Below, one piece after another: positions 10,368 through 18,797 of a stretch of 64,000 nucleotides of DNA (its first letter is position 1; the number at the start of each line of letters is the position of its first letter). This DNA comes from an uncultured Spirochaetaceae bacterium. GTDB lineage: Bacteria; Spirochaetota; Spirochaetia; Treponematales; Treponemataceae. The translations under genes were made by a program, and so were the position numbers. The notes below the pieces were generated by a model. It was not told where the DNA came from. It saw only the letters and a program-made list of their open reading frames with translations, and ran no database searches. The stretch spans positions 4,347 to 68,346 of the forward strand of contig CACYWZ010000005.1 in NCBI GenBank assembly GCA_902778325.1, read 5' to 3'.

Positions 10368-10575
10368 AACAACCAAAATAGTATATTTATAAAAAATATC
10401 GTCATACACTAGCACTCAATCAAAAAGTTTGTTTCCAATTCTTATTTATACAATCTTTTATATTTCAAGTTTTTGCAAAAAATTATCTAAAATCACAGTT
10501 AAAAACGGCTTTGATACTAGATTTTTTGCTTTATCGGTTGTAAGATTTGCATAAACATACATTGCGAGGTTAGCT

Positions 10576-11922
10576 ATGTCTGAATTTGATTTTACCGTGG
10601 AAGATTTGGGACCGTGCAAAGTTCAGTCCCCAATCAAACTTTCTCGCGAGCACGGCGATTTCCGTGCAAACTACGTCAAGGACGACTCATATGTCCGCAA
10701 TCACGTCAGTGTTTATGGCGATGCTGAACCTGACAAGGACGATTCAAGCAATTTGATGCAGAAAGCAGGTCCGCGGGAATTTATATATTTCAATCCTTCC
10801 CACGTTACAGCGGGTATCTGCACTTGTGGCGGTCTCTGCCCAGGTTTGAATGACGTTATCCGCGCTGTTGTCCGCTGTTTGTGGAATCGCTACGGCGTTC
10901 ACAGAATCAAGGGCTTCCAGTTCGGATATAAGGGATTTTTTGCTGATTCAAACTTCGACACAATCGACTTGAACCCAACAAACGTTGACACAATCCACAA
11001 AATCGGAGGTTCTTTCCTTGGAACTTCTCGCGGAGGCGGAAATCGCGTTGCAGAAATCGTTGACTGCATCGAGTCACTCAACATCAACATGATGTTTATC
11101 ATCGGTGGCGACGGCACTCAGCGTGGTTCGTTGGACATTGCAAACGAAATTGAGCGCAGAGGCTTGAAAGTTGCTGTTGTTGGTATTCCAAAAACTGTTG
11201 ATAACGACCTTGAGTTCATTGACCGCTCATTCGGTTTTGAAACTGCTGTTCAGAAAGCGACAGAGGCTGTTGCTTCTATCCACATGGAAGCTATTTCTCA
11301 GATTAACGGTATCGGTTTGGTTAAACTGATGGGTCGTGAGTCTGGTTTTATTGCTACAGCTACAGCTTTGGCTAGCCACGAAGCAAACTTCTGCTTGATT
11401 CCAGAAGTTCCATTCGACCTTGACGGACCAAACGGCTTCTTGGCAAATCTTGAAAAGCGCCTTGAGAACCGCGGACACGCTGTTATCATCGTTGCTGAGG
11501 GTGCAGGACAGGACTTGCTCGTTACAACAGACCAGACAGACGCTTCTGGAAACAAGAAACTCGGCGATATTGGAGTTTATATCCGCGACAAGATTACAGA
11601 ATACTTTGCGGCAAAGAATATTCACATTAACTTGAAGTACATCGACCCAGGCTATCAGGTTCGCGCTGCTGTTACAACAGCAAACGACTCACTCTATTGC
11701 GAGCGTTTGGGCAACAACGCTGTTCACGCAGCAATGGCTGGAAAAACAAAGATTGTTATCGGCTTGGTACACGGAAAATATGTCCATATCCCAATCAAGA
11801 TGGCAACAATCCGCAGAAAGAAGGTCGACCCAGAGGGTTCTCTCTGGAGAGACGCACTCGATGCTACAGGACAGCCGATTGCAATGGTTAACAACAAAGA
11901 GCGCCTTGGTGCAACAAAATAA
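10576..11922 (+). CDS. 6-phosphofructokinase (long form, predicted ATP-dependent)
   Basis: [25 protein letters not shown] and PKTVDND motifs. Confidence 0.9.
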   Translation: MSEFDFTVEDLGPCKVQSPIKLSREHGDFRANYVKDDSYVRNHVSVYGDAEPDKDDSSNLMQKAGPREFIYFNPSHVTAGICTCGGLCPGLNDVIRAVVRCLWNRYGVHRIKGFQFGYKGFFADSNFDTIDLNPTNVDTIHKIGGSFLGTSRGGGNRVAEIVDCIESLNINMMFIIGGDGTQRGSLDIANEIERRGLKVAVVGIPKTVDNDLEFIDRSFGFETAVQKATEAVASIHMEAISQINGIGLVKLMGRESGFIATATALASHEANFCLIPEVPFDLDGPNGFLANLEKRLENRGHAVIIVAEGAGQDLLVTTDQTDASGNKKLGDIGVYIRDKITEYFAAKNIHINLKYIDPGYQVRAAVTTANDSLYCERLGNNAVHAAMAGKTKIVIGLVHGKYVHIPIKMATIRRKKVDPEGSLWRDALDATGQPIAMVNNKERLGATK

Positions 11923-11958
11923 AACTAATTTCGGTTTTATAAAAGCATAACGTTAAAG

Positions 11959-11988
11959 AAAGGGACTTCAAAACGGAGTCCCTTTTTT
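11959..11988 (+). terminator. Intrinsic terminator after pfk
   Basis: AGGGACTTC-aaaac-GGAGTCCCT followed by a T-run. Confidence 0.85.
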
Positions 11989-12137
11989 GTTTGACTGTCA
12001 AAAATATTTTTGCAACTGTCAGAGAGAATGATTTTTAAGGGAAATGAGGCTTATATATAAAATATTATGAAATCAGTTTAGCGGTCATTGAGGATTTTTG
12101 AGTAAAACGTGCTAGAATATTTTTCGGGAGGCATTTT

Positions 12138-12437
12138 ATGATTGAAGTTTATGGTTCTTCGATGTGTCCTGATTGCATCGAGATGAAAAAAGCATTCGAC
12201 ATTGAAGGCATTGAATACGTTTATCACGATATTACGGCAGACTTAAAAGAATTAAAGGCATTTTTGGCTTTGCGCGATTCCTCCGACAAGTTCCGAGTCG
12301 CTCGTGAGCGCGGTCTTATCGGAATTCCGATTGTGAAAGAAGACGATGGCGAATGGACGTTCCACTGGCAAGATTTTGTTAAGAGCGCAGGAGCAGAAAG
12401 CGTTTGCGAAGACGGTGTTTGCGGGATTCACAAATAG
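12138..12437 (+). CDS. Glutaredoxin-like protein
   Basis: CPDC motif near the N-terminus and a GIP cis-Pro motif; SD ggagg. Confidence 0.8.
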   Translation: MIEVYGSSMCPDCIEMKKAFDIEGIEYVYHDITADLKELKAFLALRDSSDKFRVARERGLIGIPIVKEDDGEWTFHWQDFVKSAGAESVCEDGVCGIHK

Positions 12438-12442
12438 TGCTC

Positions 12443-12838
12443 TCAATCAAGTTTTGCAAGAAGCGCAAGGATTTTTTCTTGGCGGTAGGCGGGCAGTGCG
12501 CTGATTAGTTTTCGATACTTGGCGCAATGCTGCTCGCTGTTAAGAATGCGGCGATTTAGGAGTTTTGCCCATTCCTCTGCGCCTTGCATTTCTGGTGTTA
12601 AAAGCGCAATTTTTTGAAGACTCTCGTCGCTGTCAAGGCTTTCAACAAGATGAAGCAGTGAAAACATAATTTCGTCTTGCTCGGTGTCATCAGAGAATGC
12701 TTTTAATAAATCATCAATGTCATCAACTTCTACGTTGTTCCACAAAGCACAAAGCGCGCTGTCAAACATCGAACATTCTTCGGCAGTACTAAGTTTTTGA
12801 GATTTTATCAAGTTCTGAATTTGAGTCTTTTTGTCCAT
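12443..12838 (-). CDS. Imm30-like immunity protein (orphan)
   Basis: All-alpha pattern FSDDTEQDEIMFSLLHLVES...EWAKLLNRRILNS recalls the Imm30 family; recognised from memory only. Confidence 0.55.
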   Translation of the reverse strand: MDKKTQIQNLIKSQKLSTAEECSMFDSALCALWNNVEVDDIDDLLKAFSDDTEQDEIMFSLLHLVESLDSDESLQKIALLTPEMQGAEEWAKLLNRRILNSEQHCAKYRKLISALPAYRQEKILALLAKLD

Positions 12839-12847
12839 TTTCCAAAA

Positions 12848-13054
12848 TTATTTTTCTGCAACAAGCTGTGCAAGAATTTTGTAATCAAGATATTGAATAC
12901 CGTATTCACCTTGGGCAATTTTGTCAGCAAAACGGCTGTTATAATAAAAATCGATTGCTTTGGATAAATCAATATTTTTAATCTGTGCCAAATAAGATAT
13001 AATGCGTTCTTCAAGCCGTTCTTTGTATGCCCTTTCCAAAACTTCGCCATTCAT
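12848..13054 (-). CDS. Small hypothetical protein (DUF3791-like), third gene of the DUF3990 module
   Basis: SD gagga overlapping the DUF3990 stop; 68-aa helical protein (AIDFYYNS). Confidence 0.6.
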   Translation of the reverse strand: MNGEVLERAYKERLEERIISYLAQIKNIDLSKAIDFYYNSRFADKIAQGEYGIQYLDYKILAQLVAEK

Positions 13055-13055
13055 A

Positions 13056-13535
13056 TCAAAACTCCTCAAAAGAAACAAACGTCAAAATTTGGTCAATCGC
13101 TTTTTGCGTGATAAAAGCGATTTGGTCATAATTAGGGTATGCGCGGATTTCTTTTATCGCCCTGTCTTTGTCCCAAATGCCAGAATGATACATATCAACA
13201 ACGCGGAAAACTTTGTCGTTTGCAACTTTTCCAGAAATCAAATCATATTGCTCAAAATCAGTTTTTCCGTCACGACAAGCACAAACAAAATCAATCCATT
13301 CAGACAAATCAGAGCCAAAATCTTTGCAATTCAGCCCCGAAAAATCCTCTTTCATTTCATAAACACTGACAAAAGCATTTTCTTCGCCTTCAATTACACT
13401 TTTGCGCTTTGCCCAAACAGAAGCTTGAGCTTTGTTTGTTGTGACATAAAAGCCTTTTCCAAAATCAAGCGGGCGAAACGAATGGCAAACATCTGGGCTT
13501 TTTATGATTTTTGTTGAGCCGTGAAAAACAGTCAT
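13056..13535 (-). CDS. DUF3990 family protein (possible ADP-ribosyltransferase-like fold)
   Basis: FHGS...DFGKGFYVT...AQASVWA...YDLISGKVAND...QIAF pattern. Confidence 0.75.
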   Translation of the reverse strand: MTVFHGSTKIIKSPDVCHSFRPLDFGKGFYVTTNKAQASVWAKRKSVIEGEENAFVSVYEMKEDFSGLNCKDFGSDLSEWIDFVCACRDGKTDFEQYDLISGKVANDKVFRVVDMYHSGIWDKDRAIKEIRAYPNYDQIAFITQKAIDQILTFVSFEEF

Positions 13536-13747
13536 ACACTAAAGCCTCGCGCACTCAAAAAATCTTCAATGTCACAAACAATAAATGCCGTGCCTTGCGT
13601 GTGCAGAATATCGTAATACGGAATCAAAAGCTTTGAAATGCAGCCCGAATCTTTGAGTTTTTTGTAAACAGCCGACGGCAAAATCGACCATTTTTCTGCG
13701 CAAGCGTGAAAAATATAGATTAAAAATTCAAAAGTTTCCTTTTTCAT
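13532..13747 (-). CDS. DUF3791 family protein
   Basis: LIPYYDILHTQG motif; 4-nt overlap with DUF3990; SD and TATACT -10 upstream. Confidence 0.72.
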   Translation of the reverse strand: MKKETFEFLIYIFHACAEKWSILPSAVYKKLKDSGCISKLLIPYYDILHTQGTAFIVCDIEDFLSARGFSV

Positions 13748-13784
13748 TCAAATCCCCGTGCACAGTATAACACAAACCCAGCGC

Positions 13785-13817
13785 AAAAAAACAGCACCAC
13801 TTGGGAAAAGAGTGCTG
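13785..13817 (-). terminator. Repeated terminator hairpin, copy A
   Basis: A7-CAGCAC-cacttgggaaaaga-GTGCTG (+ strand); same stem as the copies at 15966 and 16823. Confidence 0.75.
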
Positions 13818-13876
13818 TTAATGATGCTACCTTGTAAAAATATTTGACAAATCTAATTGCATTTTTTTGTTTGATA

Positions 13877-13909
13877 TACCTTGACAGATGAGGTATTATG
13901 TTTTAATAT
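13877..13909 (+). promoter_or_regulatory. sigma70 promoter of the padR operon with overlapping inverted repeat (candidate PadR operator)
   Basis: TTGACA (13881)-N17-TAATAT (13904); TACCT-N9-AGGTA straddles the -35 box. Confidence 0.6.
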
Positions 13910-13936
13910 GTACTTGACAAGATTAAGGAGGTGGCA

Positions 13937-14260
13937 ATGCTGAACTTTTCTGAGATTTTGAGAGGTTTGACAGATACCATCATTCTTGCCGAGCTTATTG
14001 AGGGCGACAGTTACGGCTATCAAATCAATAAGGCAATAAGCGAATTGAGCGAGGGAAGCTTTGAGCTAAAAGAAGCGACACTTTATACATCGTTTCGCAG
14101 GCTTGAAGAAAAGAAACTCATTTCGTCTTATTGGGGAGATGAGAACTCTGGGGCAAGAAGGCGATATTATTCGATTACTGATGAGGGCAGACGCTTTTAT
14201 CAGGAGAACAAAGAAGATTGGGAGCGAATAGAAGCTCTGGTTCGAAAATTGCTGAAATAA
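13937..14260 (+). CDS. PadR-family transcriptional regulator
   Basis: DSYGYQI...KEATLYTSFRRLE...RRRYYSITDEG winged-helix pattern; SD aggagg. Confidence 0.9.
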   Translation: MLNFSEILRGLTDTIILAELIEGDSYGYQINKAISELSEGSFELKEATLYTSFRRLEEKKLISSYWGDENSGARRRYYSITDEGRRFYQENKEDWERIEALVRKLLK

Positions 14261-14291
14261 AGGCTGCTGCAAGATAAGAAGGAGGAAGAAA

Positions 14292-14972
14292 ATGAACTCA
14301 AAGATTAAGAATTATGTTGATGTGCTGTTTAACGATGTGCCAAAAACTCGCAAGGCTGTTGAGTTGAAAGAGGAAATCTTGGCTGATTTGAACGAGCATT
14401 TTGAAGCCCACATCGCTCAAGGAAAGAGCGAAAATCAAGCCTACACCGAAGCTCTTGCCGATTTGGGCGACATTGATGAATTGCTTTCTTCTCTTGCGCC
14501 AGAGCGTGAGCTCAAGCCCAAAATCGACAAATATCGCGTGAAGAAAGCGCGGAACACGGCGATTGCAGTTATGCTGATTTTGCTCGGAGTTATTTTGCTG
14601 TGCGCTCTGCCCTCTGTCAGTGCAGTGTTCGGCATTGGCAATCCTGCAAAGGCGGGAATTTTGGGCTTTGTGTTAATGATGACTTGCATTGCGATTGGCA
14701 TAGGCTTGCTTATTTATACAAAGATGAGCGTGCCTCAAGACGTAGAGCCATTTTTGACTCATCACACAAAAGAAGAGTTTTCTGGTGACAGCAATAGCAA
14801 ATTTTGGGCTTCGTTCTTCAAGTTGTATTGGCTGATTGTTACAATCATCTATTTGTTTGTGAGCTTTGAAACTGGTGATTGGTACATCACTTGGATTATC
14901 TGGCTTATTGGTTCTGCGGTAAAGCATGCGATTATTCTTTTTGGTGGGCTTAATGCTGATGAATGTAAATAG
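14292..14972 (+). CDS. Membrane protein with N-terminal 'permease prefix' domain
   Basis: N-terminal KIKNYVDVLF...ELKEEILADL...G.SE..AY..AL..LGDI pattern followed by several TM segments. Confidence 0.7.
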   Translation: MNSKIKNYVDVLFNDVPKTRKAVELKEEILADLNEHFEAHIAQGKSENQAYTEALADLGDIDELLSSLAPERELKPKIDKYRVKKARNTAIAVMLILLGVILLCALPSVSAVFGIGNPAKAGILGFVLMMTCIAIGIGLLIYTKMSVPQDVEPFLTHHTKEEFSGDSNSKFWASFFKLYWLIVTIIYLFVSFETGDWYITWIIWLIGSAVKHAIILFGGLNADECK

Positions 14973-14996
14973 CCGTTTGAAAGGGAGAGCATTTTT

Positions 14997-15947
14997 ATGA
15001 AAAGACGATATTTGCTAGGTTCGCTTTGGCTTTGCATTGCTGTTTTGCTTTGTGGAATTTTGATTGGTCACTTGGGGTACAGTAAAATGAGTTGGGATAG
15101 CATTTTTGAAAGACTTGCTGAAAAGATTGAAAAGAGCAAACATTTTAACAAGTCGTATTCATATTCAAAGTCTTGGAACTCGGAGGATAATACTACGACA
15201 ACTAGCGAAAAATTTTCTTTTGATTACAATCTTTCTCTAGGTTCTGACTCTGATAGAGCTTCTTTGGAAAACGGCTATTTTGTGCAGAATATAGAAAGCG
15301 TTAAGGTGGAGCTACATTCCATTCCTTTAGAAGTTGTGCAAGCTGAAGACACAATGATTCACGCTGATGCTTTTGGAGAGGCTGAAAAGTTTTGCACTTT
15401 CACAAAGTACGGCGACAAGCTTGTGATAAAAGAAAAGAAAGGCTTTGGTTGGGGTGAAAAGAAGAAAAAAGCTCGCATAAAGTTAGCTCTTCCAAAGGAC
15501 TTTGACGGAAAGACAGATATTGAGAGCGTGTCTGGCTCAATTCGGGTGTCTGGGCTTGAGTTTGATAAATTGGATATTGAAAGTGTATCTGGTTCGATTG
15601 TGCTTAGTGATTGCAAAATCGGCGAATTGAAAACAGAAAGTGTATCTGGCTCTCAAAAAATCGATGGCAGTTTTGACAAAATTAATGCCGAATCTGTTTC
15701 TGGAAGCGTAGATTTCACCACTTCAAAGCCACTTTCAAAAGATAGCGACTTTTCTGCAATATCTGGCTCTGTAAAACTTGATTTACCCAAATCCAGCGAT
15801 TACGAAGCGGAGTTCCAAACGATTTCCGGCTCTTTCCGCGATGACATTACGGGCGTGTCCAGAAAAAAGAACGGCGTTTCAAGAAACGGCAGAGGCGGTG
15901 TCAAAATCGATATTTCCACGATAAGCGGGTCTATCAAGATTCAATGA
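14997..15947 (+). CDS. DUF4097 (toastrack) beta-repeat protein
   Basis: N-terminal TM segment and repeated ESVSGS/ISGS units; usual partner of PadR operons. Confidence 0.8.
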   Translation: MKRRYLLGSLWLCIAVLLCGILIGHLGYSKMSWDSIFERLAEKIEKSKHFNKSYSYSKSWNSEDNTTTTSEKFSFDYNLSLGSDSDRASLENGYFVQNIESVKVELHSIPLEVVQAEDTMIHADAFGEAEKFCTFTKYGDKLVIKEKKGFGWGEKKKKARIKLALPKDFDGKTDIESVSGSIRVSGLEFDKLDIESVSGSIVLSDCKIGELKTESVSGSQKIDGSFDKINAESVSGSVDFTTSKPLSKDSDFSAISGSVKLDLPKSSDYEAEFQTISGSFRDDITGVSRKKNGVSRNGRGGVKIDISTISGSIKIQ

Positions 15948-15965
15948 AACATTTTTTTCACACGC

Positions 15966-15996
15966 AAAAAAAACAGCACCCTGAAAAAGAGTGCTG
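15966..15996 (-). terminator. Repeated terminator hairpin, copy B
   Basis: A8-CAGCAC-cctgaaaaaga-GTGCTG, between convergent genes. Confidence 0.8.
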
Positions 15997-16140
15997 CTTT
16001 GTATCCGTCCATTTTCTAAAAAACTGCAAAAGCAAACCAACATCTATTGCTATTGCTTTACACAGCGCTCTACAGCTTGGTCGTTGATATTCCAAACAAG
16101 ATATTCATTGATGAATGTCTGCTCAAACTTTTTTGTAAAA

Positions 16141-16557
16141 TCATTTTTGATAAATCTTCAAAAATTCTGTCGGAGTAATCAAACGATTTGCAGACAATAA
16201 AAAATCAGATGTGTTTCGTGTTACGATATAATCCGCTCTGATTTGCAGAGCAACTTGATTTTGAACGCTGTCCTCAAAATCTACCCACTCAGATTCAAGG
16301 GCTTTTAAAATGCACTGTTCATCAACACCCGCCACAGACACAATTTTCAAAATCTTCTTGATTAGTTCTTTTGCTCTGTCATTATCACGCAGGTGCTTTC
16401 TCAAAACATAAAAAATATCGGTTACAGACGCCGCAGAAACATACATCTCAAAGCCATTTTCGCTAGCGACCAAAATAACACGTTTCGATTCATCGCACAA
16501 ATCGGGATTTTGCAAAAGCACGTCGAGAACAATATTGCTATCTAAGAATATCACCAT
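16141..16557 (-). CDS. PIN-domain toxin (VapC-like)
   Basis: FLDSNIVLD...DFEDSVQ...ADYIVTRN PIN motifs. Confidence 0.88.
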   Translation of the reverse strand: MVIFLDSNIVLDVLLQNPDLCDESKRVILVASENGFEMYVSAASVTDIFYVLRKHLRDNDRAKELIKKILKIVSVAGVDEQCILKALESEWVDFEDSVQNQVALQIRADYIVTRNTSDFLLSANRLITPTEFLKIYQK

Positions 16558-16786
16558 ATTTCTCTTCCAGACGCTCAGTGTGAATTTCTTTTATTGACAT
16601 CGGCTTTTCACAATGAACCACACCTGTCAGTTCATCAAGGATTTTTGCAACTGATTCTTTCTTCAGTGTTTTCTGAGGCACAAACTCATCAAGAGCCGTG
16701 ATTATAACACGCTGATTAGGCTTGAAAATCCGAGTATCAAGCGGAACGCAAGTATTACCATCAAAATATCCTGCAACTGCCAACAT
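16538..16786 (-). CDS. Putative antitoxin of the PIN toxin
   Basis: Small ORF (MLAVAGYFDG...VIIT) overlapping the PIN start; SD ggaggt and TATAAT at 16803-16808. Confidence 0.72.
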   Translation of the reverse strand: MLAVAGYFDGNTCVPLDTRIFKPNQRVIITALDEFVPQKTLKKESVAKILDELTGVVHCEKPMSIKEIHTERLEEKYGDILR

Positions 16787-16822
16787 AAGCACCTCCGTTT
16801 TGATTATAGCACGAACAAGCAC

Positions 16823-16854
16823 AAAAAAAAACAGCACCCTGAAAAAGAGTGCTG
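16823..16854 (-). terminator. Repeated terminator hairpin, copy C
   Basis: A9-CAGCAC-cctgaaaaaga-GTGCTG; the 23-bp core is identical to copy B. Confidence 0.8.
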
Positions 16855-16876
16855 TCTTATGTTTAGCCCTTATGCC

Positions 16877-17251
16877 TTATTTCTTGGTATAAGTAGCAGG
16901 CTCTTCACTACCCCAATCCACAGACAACGTGTTTCCAGAAACAGAGAAAGATACAGTCATGGAATCTGTTCCATCAGACAATGTCATTGTTCCAGCACTT
17001 GAAAGGCTTCCTGTCCATGTTCCGTAAACGTCACCTTCATCATCAGTCATCTTCACAGTGTTGTTATCATAGAACGTAAATGATTCTTCTTTTGGTGAAG
17101 CAGCAGTACCAGTTGTTCTTGCAAACTCAGCCACAACATTTGCGCTAGAAGAGCTGTCATCGTCATCGCTGTCGCTCGAACAAGAAACAAATGCTGTTGT
17201 CGCCAAAGCAAAAGCCAAAAGAACCATAAAAATGTTAAATAATTTCTTCAT
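16877..17251 (-). CDS. Predicted surface lipoprotein
   Basis: Signal peptide with FVS-C lipobox followed by an S/D-rich tether. Confidence 0.75.
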   Translation of the reverse strand: MKKLFNIFMVLLAFALATTAFVSCSSDSDDDDSSSSANVVAEFARTTGTAASPKEESFTFYDNNTVKMTDDEGDVYGTWTGSLSSAGTMTLSDGTDSMTVSFSVSGNTLSVDWGSEEPATYTKK

Positions 17252-17279
17252 CAGAAACCCCTTAAAGATTGATTAAACA

Positions 17280-17309
17280 ATCTTACCACCCCCCCCGACA
17301 TTTTTGCAA
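17280..17309 (-). promoter_or_regulatory. Lipoprotein promoter with a G8 homopolymer in the spacer
   Basis: On the - strand: TTGCAA-aaatgtcGGGGGGGGtgg-TAAGAT, 18-nt spacer. Confidence 0.6.
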
Positions 17310-17368
17310 TACTTTTTATGTCATATCTGTTATTTTTCTGCTCTTTTTTTTTATTTTACAAAGGTCGC

Positions 17369-17560
17369 CAGTGAGTCGGAACGGGCTTTGTAAAGTTTTA
17401 TAAACGCCGTCAGTGACTCGGAACGGGCTTTGTAAAGTCTTATAAACGTCGTCGGGAACTCGGAACGGGCTTTGTAAGGTTTTATAAACGCCGTCGGGAA
17501 CTCGGAACGGGCTTTGTAAGGTCTTATAAACGCTGTCGGGAAGTCGGAACGGGGTTTCCA
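17369..17560. repeat. 42-bp tandem repeat, about 4.5 copies
   Basis: Unit C(AGTG/GGGA)ACTCGGAACGGGCTTTGTAA(A/G)GT(C/T)TTATAAACG(C/T)CGT at 17369, 17411, 17453, 17495 and 17537. Confidence 0.95.
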
Positions 17561-17610
17561 TGAACGTGGAAAATAATGATTGATTACGCGACGCGAGAAT
17601 ACAAGCCTTT

Positions 17611-18739
17611 AAGGTATCCGTCTTCAATGCCCTGCTTAAGAGAATACTGATAAACAGGCTCTCCAAAGTATTTGTATGTGTCACCGTTTATTTTTCTTCG
17701 GGGTGTTGCTGTAAGTCCAAGTTGATAAGCGGGAGCAAAATATTCCATTCGCCATTCGCTTTCATCGTTAGCACCTCCACGGTGACATTCGTCGATGATT
17801 ATAAAATCAAAGAAATCATGCGGATATTGTTTGTAGTATTCAATCGATTCGGTTCGACTATGCTCACCGACCTCTCCATTGTTGTTGAGCGTAGTTGAAG
17901 CATCGTCTTCTCCATCCGTTCCGCAAAGCATTGTCTGGAAGATTGTGAAATAAATGCTTTGTCCCATTGGAACTTTTCCGCCATTCTTTCGTATTTCCTT
18001 TGGTGTGATTCGTGCAAGTGCATTTTGGTCAAATACTCCAAAAAGAATTGTATGCTTGGTCGGCTAAGATATTTCTGTCAGCAAGGAAAAGGATTCGAGG
18101 GAGTTTTCCGTTTTGCAGATTATTCCATCGTGTTTTCATAAGTTTCCAACAGATTTGAAAAGCGATATAAGTTTTTCCTGTTCCTGTTGCAAGCGTCAAA
18201 AGAATACGGTCTATCTTTTTGCTCACAGCTTCAAGAACAGCATTTACAGCATTTTCCTGATAATATCGCGGACTTTTCCCGCCGTCTCGGTTGAATGGCT
18301 CAAGATTGAATTTATCACGCCAGTCGTTTTTCTCAGGGAATGTCATTGCCCAAAGTTCGGCTGGAGTCGGGAAGCGCTCTACAAAGCCTTCAGTAAAATC
18401 TCCTGGCTTTGCATCCATATCAATAGCCAGATTTTGTCTCCGTTTGTGGAATATGTGTAGCGAATATTCATTGCTGAGGCGTATTTCTTTGCCTGCTCAA
18501 CTCCTGCGCTTACATCTTTTTCATCGCTTTTTGCTTCAATGATTCCGAGTTTTACGCCTTTATACGTAAGAAAGATAATCAATCTTGTCTGGATTACGTT
18601 TTGCTTTTGTAACGATGCGACCAGGCGTTACGATATAGGCTCTTTGTTCTGTAAAGATGTCACTGCCTTCAACAACACCCCAGCCTGCAGCATGAAGCGC
18701 TGGGTCTATTTTCTTCAGCCTTGTGTCGCTTTCGTTCAT
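17611..18739 (-). pseudogene. hsdR: Type I restriction subunit HsdR (EcoAI-like), frameshifted and 3'-truncated
   Basis: MNESDTRLKKIDPAL..., IIEAK, STNG, LATGTGKT, DECHRG and GLTATP spread over several frames (breaks near 18575, 18430 and 18040). Homology ends at GIEDGYL. Confidence 0.88.
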
Positions 18740-18757
18740 AGCATTTCTCCGTTTAAT

Positions 18758-18797
18758 TAAGGGAAATTTTCCTCTAATTTCCTTTAATTTCCTCTAA
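18758..18797. repeat. 40-bp imperfect direct repeat at the Fic 3' end (partner at 20111-20150)
   Basis: TAAGGGAAATTTTCCTCTAATTTCCTTTAATTTCCTCTAA; 34 of 40 positions match the upstream copy. Confidence 0.8.

Noticed and set aside
16030-16150. Short open frame after the PIN gene (..DFTKKFEQTFINEYLVWNIND..)
   Set aside because: No start or SD; at most a gene remnant that I cannot identify.
13785-16854. Integron attC sites or cassette array
   Set aside because: The repeats lack proper RYYYAAC/GTTRRRY ends and the bulged attC fold, and no integrase is in the window. Kept only as repeated terminators.
17316-17684. 122-aa ORF with SPFRVPDGVYKTLQ repeats
   Set aside because: It is the translation of the 42-bp DNA array; no convincing SD; the same repeat recurs at 22201 without an equivalent ORF.
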